Assembly: GCA_900768435.1 (NCBI GenBank)
Contig: CAAGCW010000003.1
Span: 4,599 to 68,598, forward strand
Length of the DNA stretch: 64,000 nt
Origin: an uncultured Collinsella sp.
GTDB taxonomy: Bacteria > Actinomycetota > Coriobacteriia > Coriobacteriales > Coriobacteriaceae
Direction of reading: 5' to 3'
In this document: piece by piece, positions 58,451 to 64,000 of the stretch
How the letters are laid out: each line of letters opens with the position of its first letter
How positions within the stretch are numbered: the stretch's first letter is position 1
Position numbers and translations under genes: made by a program
The notes under the pieces: model-generated
What the model was told of the DNA's origin: nothing
The model's database searches: none
The model's input: the letters and a program-made list of their open reading frames with translations, nothing else

Positions 58451-60700
58451 ATGTCCAAGGGAGTCCACGTGGCACACAACAAGCTGGAGGCAAGCCTCCA
58501 AGACCAGCATAGTCAGGGCGGGCATGGCGCCATCCCCCTCTCCGCTGGCATGTTGCTCGTAACGCTCGGCGTCGTCTACGGCGACATCGGCACGAGCCCC
58601 ATGTACACCATGAAGTCAATCGTCGCCAACAACGGCGGCATCGGAACCGTCAGCGAGGACATGATCCTGGGCGCGCTTTCACTCGTTATCTGGACCATGA
58701 CGCTCGTGACCACGGTCAAGTACGTGCTGATCGCCATGAAGGCCGATAACCATAACGAAGGCGGCATCTTCGCCCTGTTCAGCCTCGTACGCAAGGTGGC
58801 ACCATGGCTGATTCTACCCGCCATGATCGGCGGCGCGGCGCTGCTCGCCGACGGCATCCTCACCCCCGCCGTCACGGTTACCACGGCCATCGAGGGCTTG
58901 CGCACCATCGAGTGGGGCCATGCGCTTTTGGGTGACGGCCAGACCAACGTCATCATCATCACCATCATCATTATCTGCGGCCTATTTGCCATGCAGCGCG
59001 CCGGTACCTCGTCAATCGGCAAGCTGTTCGGCCCGCTCATGACGCTGTGGTTCCTGTTCCTGGCAGGCGCCGGTCTGTTCAACATGCTCGGCAACCTGTC
59101 CATCTTGCGCGCGCTCAACCCCATCCGCGGCATTATGTTCCTGTTCTCGCCCATCAACCACTCGGGCATCATGGTGCTCGGCTTTGTCTTCCTGTCGACA
59201 ACCGGTGCCGAGGCGCTCTACTCGGACATGGGTCATGTGGGCAAGGCCAACATCTATGCATCCTGGCCGTTTGTTAAGGCGGCCCTTATCCTCAACTATC
59301 TAGGTCAGGGAGCCTGGCTGCTCGCCAATAACTCCAACCCCCAAATGCTCGCGATGGATATCGTCAACCCGTTCTACATGATGCTTCCCGAGCCCCTGCG
59401 CCCCTTTGCCATCGTGCTTTCGGCCGTGGCGGCCATCATCGCCTCGCAGGCGCTCATCACCGGCTCGTTCTCGCTGGTATCCGAGGCAACCCGTCTCAAT
59501 CTCATGCCGCACCTGCGCATCCACTACCCCAGCGACACCAAGGGTCAGCTCTATATTCCGCTCGTCAACAACATCATGTGGGTCGGCTGCATCTTCATTG
59601 TGCTGCTGTTCCAGAACTCCGAGCGCATGGAAAGCGCCTATGGCCTCGCCATCACCGTGACCATGCTCATGACCACGACGCTTTTGACGAGCTATATCGC
59701 CGGCATTCTCAAGCACAAGCTGGGCGCCTGCATCTTCGCCCTGCTTTTCGGTGCCATTGAGCTGTGCTTCTTCGCCTCGTGCCTTACCATGTTCTTTGAC
59801 GGCGGCTATGTGATGATCTTCCTGGCCTCGCTGCTGTTTGGCCTTATGTACGTGTGGCGCCGCGGCACCGCCATCGAGCGCACGCAAACGATCCTGCTGC
59901 CCGTCTCCAAGTACATCGATCAGCTCAACCGCCTGCGCAACGACGAAACCTACCCCGTGCTCGCCGACAATCTGGTGTTCCTCACCAACAGCCCCGATCC
60001 GCTCACGCTCGACCGCGACGTGCTCTATTCCATCCTGGACAAGCATCCCAAGCGCGCCAAGGCATACTGGTTCATCAACGTGCACGTTACCGACGAGCCC
60101 TATACGCACGAGTATTCCGTTGAGACCTTTGGCACGGACTTCTTGTTCCGCGTGCGCTTGGACCTGGGCTTTAAGGTCAACCAGCGCGTTAACGCCTACC
60201 TGCGCCAGATTGTTGGCGACCTGATGGCATCGGGCGAGCTGCCGCCACAGCACCACACCTACTCCATCTACGAGACGCGCGGAAACGTGGGCGACTTCCG
60301 TTTTTGCATGCTGCGCAAGATGCTTGCCCCCGAAACGGACATCAACCGCAACGACCACCGCGTGATGGCCATCAAGTACGCCGTCCGCCGCGCCTGCGGA
60401 AGCCCGGCACGTTGGTATGGTCTCGAGAACTCGGCCATCATCATCGAGTACGTGCCGCTGTTTGCCCGCATGCGCCCAGCCGTTAAGCTCGTGCGCACCC
60501 AGGTGCCGCTCGAGGTTCAGATCGAAGAGGCCGAAGAAATGGAAGTCGACATCTTCTCGGACGACTTGGTCAACGGCAACGAGGCCGGTAGGGACATGAA
60601 CGTCGATCCCACTGAGCTGCTCGAGAGCGTCGCAGATACGCCCGAACAGCAACAGCTCGACGGCCTCGAGAGCGAACAACTCAACGACGCCAACTTCTAG
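58451..60700 (+). CDS. kup: KUP/HAK/KT-family potassium uptake transporter
   Basis: Signature GVVYGDIGTSPMY, 12 TM helices and a long cytoplasmic C-terminal domain. Confidence 0.85.
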   Translation: MSKGVHVAHNKLEASLQDQHSQGGHGAIPLSAGMLLVTLGVVYGDIGTSPMYTMKSIVANNGGIGTVSEDMILGALSLVIWTMTLVTTVKYVLIAMKADNHNEGGIFALFSLVRKVAPWLILPAMIGGAALLADGILTPAVTVTTAIEGLRTIEWGHALLGDGQTNVIIITIIIICGLFAMQRAGTSSIGKLFGPLMTLWFLFLAGAGLFNMLGNLSILRALNPIRGIMFLFSPINHSGIMVLGFVFLSTTGAEALYSDMGHVGKANIYASWPFVKAALILNYLGQGAWLLANNSNPQMLAMDIVNPFYMMLPEPLRPFAIVLSAVAAIIASQALITGSFSLVSEATRLNLMPHLRIHYPSDTKGQLYIPLVNNIMWVGCIFIVLLFQNSERMESAYGLAITVTMLMTTTLLTSYIAGILKHKLGACIFALLFGAIELCFFASCLTMFFDGGYVMIFLASLLFGLMYVWRRGTAIERTQTILLPVSKYIDQLNRLRNDETYPVLADNLVFLTNSPDPLTLDRDVLYSILDKHPKRAKAYWFINVHVTDEPYTHEYSVETFGTDFLFRVRLDLGFKVNQRVNAYLRQIVGDLMASGELPPQHHTYSIYETRGNVGDFRFCMLRKMLAPETDINRNDHRVMAIKYAVRRACGSPARWYGLENSAIIIEYVPLFARMRPAVKLVRTQVPLEVQIEEAEEMEVDIFSDDLVNGNEAGRDMNVDPTELLESVADTPEQQQLDGLESEQLNDANF

Positions 60701-60721
60701 CGACGCCGCGAATCGACGACA

Positions 60722-60759
60722 GCGGCCCTGCACCTCACGAGAGATGCAGGGCCGCTTTG
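60722..60759. terminator. Bidirectional terminator between the convergent kup and BSH-like genes
   Basis: gcggccctgca ... tgcagggccgc, then tttg. Confidence 0.5.
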
Positions 60760-60779
60760 CGTTGCAGTAAAGCTAACGG

Positions 60780-61745
60780 CTACGAACGACGCGGCTCGGG
60801 AACCACGAGCCTATCGGGGCTCGCGCCCTCGGCATCCATCAGGCTCACGTAGCGAATCGACGGATCCTCATACATCGCGTAGTAATAATTGCCCGTGCGC
60901 GCGCTAAAGCATCCGGTGTAGATAGTCTTCTCGAACTTGCCGTCGCCCATCCTGGACGCCCCCTCAATCATCACCACGCCCTCGAGTGAACGGAACATGC
61001 GGACGACGTTTTCGACCTCGCTCTCCTTTTGCGGGTAATTGGCATTGAGGTACGCCGCCTTTACAAAACGGCTCGGTGAATAGCAGTCACCCGGAATACC
61101 GCGCATGCCGGCACCCGCGCCATAGGGCTTGAGCTCGGCGCCACGCCATGTCGCCGTCTGCGGAAAATCGCTTGTGGCTGTGATATAGGTGCGCAGGTTT
61201 TCCATGTGCCACGGGAAGGTCGGCTGGTTGGCAAGGGTGTCGACCGGATCGTCGTATACATGCAGGCCGTCAGCCATCATCTCGACCACGATGCTGCGCT
61301 GGCTGTCGCCGATAATCCAATGGAGCAGCGACACGCCCAGCCCCTCTCCGGCAGATTTGGCGACAATCACCGTGTCGCGCAGCGCAGCCTCGACCTCATC
61401 GACCGTCGAGAACGTCGCTGCCACCCACAGGGGAAACTCATAGGCCGCGATATTGGTCTTGCCGTCAACCGGGCCCTCAGCATACTTGGCATAGCCGGGA
61501 AAGTTGAGCCCCGCCACGGCGAGGCCCGCATCGTTGCCGCAGTCGAAGAACATAGGGTAGTTCTTGTAATCGATGCACATACCGATCACCGCGTGTGCCG
61601 CTGTCGTGTCGTCGATAAACGAATACGGAATGTGAAACCCACGCGGCATCACGCGAACCTGTTGGCCGTAGTCAAAGCTCCAGTCGAGGTTGCGGCCCAG
61701 ATACATGTTGCCGGAATTATCGGTAAATCGAATGCTCGTACACAT
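60780..61745 (-). CDS. Choloylglycine hydrolase / bile-salt-hydrolase-family Ntn hydrolase
   Basis: Mature start MCTSIRF (Cys2 nucleophile) and conserved RNLD. RBS aggagg. The upstream ORF extension is rejected. Confidence 0.75.
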   Translation of the reverse strand: MCTSIRFTDNSGNMYLGRNLDWSFDYGQQVRVMPRGFHIPYSFIDDTTAAHAVIGMCIDYKNYPMFFDCGNDAGLAVAGLNFPGYAKYAEGPVDGKTNIAAYEFPLWVAATFSTVDEVEAALRDTVIVAKSAGEGLGVSLLHWIIGDSQRSIVVEMMADGLHVYDDPVDTLANQPTFPWHMENLRTYITATSDFPQTATWRGAELKPYGAGAGMRGIPGDCYSPSRFVKAAYLNANYPQKESEVENVVRMFRSLEGVVMIEGASRMGDGKFEKTIYTGCFSARTGNYYYAMYEDPSIRYVSLMDAEGASPDRLVVPEPRRS

Positions 61746-61876
61746 AGCGCCTCCTAGCTTTACGTTCTTGCTAAGGTTATTGTCACCAAACAAAAAGGCG
61801 CTAAACACAAAAGCCCGGACATGACAACAATGTCACGCCCGGACCAAAAACGACGAAGTGCGGTGCTGTGGTCGCC

Positions 61877-62295
61877 CTAGACAAGCTTGCCAAGACAGTG
61901 ATCGATCATATGCTGGATCATCTGCGCCTCGAAGCCCACAAAGTCCTGCTTGCGCTCGCGCATCTTGCCGTCGACGATCACGTCATAAGCGACCTTGCAC
62001 TTGATATAGCGCGTGGACTTGGTGACCTCCTCGTGCGTCAGGCAGCTCTCCTCCATCTTGCTGGCGCCCAGGCCAAACACCAGGCGGGGGTTGTAGAGCA
62101 CGTGGGGCTCGCCGGCGTCGTCCAGGTAGACGCAGACCTTCTTGGTAACGCCAATCTGGTTAGCGGCAAGGCAGCCGGCATCGTCGAGCGACTTGATGGT
62201 ATCGATCAGGTCCTGAGCAACCGACTCGTCCTCGACGGTCGCAACCTCGCAACGCTGGGACAGGATAGCCTCGTCGTGGCAAAGCTCTTTAATCA
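61877..62295 (-). CDS. Short peptide-deformylase-like protein (HEXXH Glu replaced by Met)
   Basis: Carries GCLAANQIG, EESCLT and QHMIDHCLG. RBS ggagg before MIKEL. Confidence 0.55.
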
Positions 62296-62488
62296 TACGT
62301 TCCTCCATAGGGTCGTTGTAACCGCTTAAGTATACGGTACCCACACATTTTCATGCGTAAAATACCGTCCGTCTGCTACAAAGCGCCGAACATCAACATG
62401 CGAGGAACAGCAAGGTTGTAAAGACGATATAGTAAGTGAGTTCGTGTCAATCGGCCTAAACTCGGGGCCGAACAAGGAAAGGGTATGC

Positions 62489-63802
62489 ATGGACGAACTT
62501 TTTCACGTCAGTGAGCGCAAGTCCACAATCGGGACCGAACTTCGCGCTGGACTGACAACATTCCTGGCGATGGCCTACATCATCGCCGTCAACCCCGCAG
62601 TGCTCTCGGGCGCTGGCATCGATGCGGGAGCGCTCGCCTGCGCCACCTGCCTGGGCGCCGGCATCATGACCATCTGCATGGGTATCTTCGCCAACCGCCC
62701 GCTCGCCTGTGCGTCGGGTCTGGGCATCAACGCCATGATTGCGGGCATCGCCACCACCATGTGCGGCGGCGACTGGCACGTGGCCATGAGCGTTATCTTC
62801 CTCGAGGGCGTCGTCATCTTGCTGCTCGTCCTTTGCGGCCTGCGCGAGGCCATCATGGACGCCATCCCCGTGGTCCTGCGCCACGCCATCTCGGTGGGCC
62901 TGGGCCTGTTTATCGCCATGATCGGCCTGTGCGACGCCGGCATCATCACCGCTGGCGCCGGCACGCTCGTCGGCTTGGGTGACATCACCTCCCCCACCTT
63001 TATCGTCGGCATCATCTCCATCGTCGTGACGGTTGCCCTGGCTTCCCGCAACGTGCCGGGCTCGCTGCTCATCGGCATCATCGTCGCCGTTATCGCCGGT
63101 ATCCCGCTGGGCGTCACCCATGCGCCCGAGGGCCTCATCGCACCGCTCGACTTCTCGACCTTTGGCGCCCCGTTTGCCAGCACCGCCGACGGCAACATGG
63201 CCATCGTGAAGGTCCTGACCGACCCGATGCTGCTCGTCGTTGCCTTCTCGCTGCTCATGAGCGACTTCTTCGACACCATGGGCACCGCGATGGCCGTCGC
63301 CAAGCAGGGCGAGTTCCTGACCGAGGACGGCAATGTCGAGGACATCCGTCCCATCCTGGTCGTCGACTCCGTGGCCGCTGCTGCCGGTGGCTTTATGGGC
63401 GTCTCCTCCATCACCACCTTCGTCGAGTCCACCTCTGGCGCTGCCGACGGTGGCCGCACGGGCCTCACCTCCGTCACCACCGGCGTGCTGTTCATTCTCG
63501 CCGCGTTCTTCTCCCCCATCGTCACCATCGTTTCCAGCGCCGCCACCTGCGGTGCTCTGGTCTACGTCGGCTACCTCATGATGAGCGAGGCCTCCGAGAT
63601 CGACTGGTCCGACGTGTCGCAGGGCTTCCCGGCGTTCATGATTGTCGCCGGCGTGCCCTTCACCTACTCCATCTCTGCCGGCATTGGTCTGGGCTTTATC
63701 GCCTACGTGGTCGTCGCGCTCTTTAAGGGCGAGGCATCCAAGATCAAGCCGCTCATGTGGATCGCAGCCCTTGCCTTCCTCGTCTACTTCTTTGTAGCGT
63801 AG
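62489..63802 (+). CDS. NCS2/AzgA-family purine (adenine/guanine/hypoxanthine) permease
   Basis: AzgA-like N-terminus KSTIGTELRAGLTTFLAMAYIIAVNP with 12-14 TM helices. Confidence 0.75.
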   Translation: MDELFHVSERKSTIGTELRAGLTTFLAMAYIIAVNPAVLSGAGIDAGALACATCLGAGIMTICMGIFANRPLACASGLGINAMIAGIATTMCGGDWHVAMSVIFLEGVVILLLVLCGLREAIMDAIPVVLRHAISVGLGLFIAMIGLCDAGIITAGAGTLVGLGDITSPTFIVGIISIVVTVALASRNVPGSLLIGIIVAVIAGIPLGVTHAPEGLIAPLDFSTFGAPFASTADGNMAIVKVLTDPMLLVVAFSLLMSDFFDTMGTAMAVAKQGEFLTEDGNVEDIRPILVVDSVAAAAGGFMGVSSITTFVESTSGAADGGRTGLTSVTTGVLFILAAFFSPIVTIVSSAATCGALVYVGYLMMSEASEIDWSDVSQGFPAFMIVAGVPFTYSISAGIGLGFIAYVVVALFKGEASKIKPLMWIAALAFLVYFFVA

Positions 63803-63826
63803 GCGCAAGATTCGCAATACCAAACA

Positions 63827-63869
63827 GCAAAGCGCGGAGTCGCATCGAGCGGCTCCGCGCTTTGCTTTT
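63827..63869 (+). terminator. Intrinsic terminator
   Basis: gcaaagcgcggag ... ctccgcgctttgc followed by tttt. Confidence 0.55.
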
Positions 63870-64000
63870 AAAGCCAGGCGCCACACGGACGCGCGATGTA
63901 TTGCTTCGCAAGTTTTGGACGTTTTGCTCTCCAAACGGCACTACCGCCGGCTACATCCTGCAGATATGCTGGGCGTAATCGCATAGGCCCTATGAGGATG

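Noticed and set aside
62432-62440. TAAGTGAGT, a partial match to the repeat TIR, upstream of the purine permease
   Set aside because: Only 9 nt match, with no partner TIR or internal block. Too short to call a copy, and mentioned only as a possible remnant.
62456-63934. 492-aa minus-strand ORF and 323-aa ORF antisense to the purine permease
   Set aside because: Low-complexity D/G/R-rich translation with no start context. The permease frame is clearly the real gene.
1-64000. Search for tRNA/rRNA/tmRNA genes, CRISPR arrays, integrases, transposases and phage structural genes
   Set aside because: No cloverleaf-like conserved tRNA features, no direct-repeat/spacer arrays, and no recombinase or transposase motifs were seen in any frame. 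The only repeats are the 123-bp TIR elements, the RGG-coding tandem repeats and the hairpins reported above.

Overview
High-GC (~63%) chromosomal segment, probably from a gut Coriobacteriia-like actinobacterium. Coding is dense on both strands. No rRNA, tRNA, CRISPR array, integrase or transposase was recognised. Housekeeping and metabolic content: the 3' end of purL; a lactate-dehydrogenase-like FAD oxidase with EtfB and a ferredoxin-EtfA; pdxR-pdxST; trmB; two bgl-type PTS EIIBC loci; kup; a bile-salt-hydrolase-like gene; an aldehyde/alcohol dehydrogenase pair; rubrerythrin; and several transporters and regulators. Accessory-looking content: (i) a tightly linked TerB-N/TerB-C protein + P-loop ATPase + DEAD/DEAH helicase triad (14657-20254) that matches the Shango-type antiphage architecture; (ii) a family of three 123-bp elements bounded by 13-14 bp terminal inverted repeats (CTAAGTGAGTAGG), two of which supply the last codons (L-S-E-stop) of the upstream genes; (iii) a five-gene operon of unrecognised, mostly secreted proteins (10528-13734); (iv) an HTH_XRE-AlaA aminotransferase fusion with GTTCAATT operator repeats; (v) two truncated peptide-deformylase-like paralogs, each with a substitution at a catalytic motif position; (vi) an RGG/GRGGD-repeat protein; (vii) two long perfect hairpins downstream of pdxT. 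All coordinates and domain calls are by-eye from the sequence and the ORF track. Start codons were adjusted from RBS inspection and may be off by a few codons.
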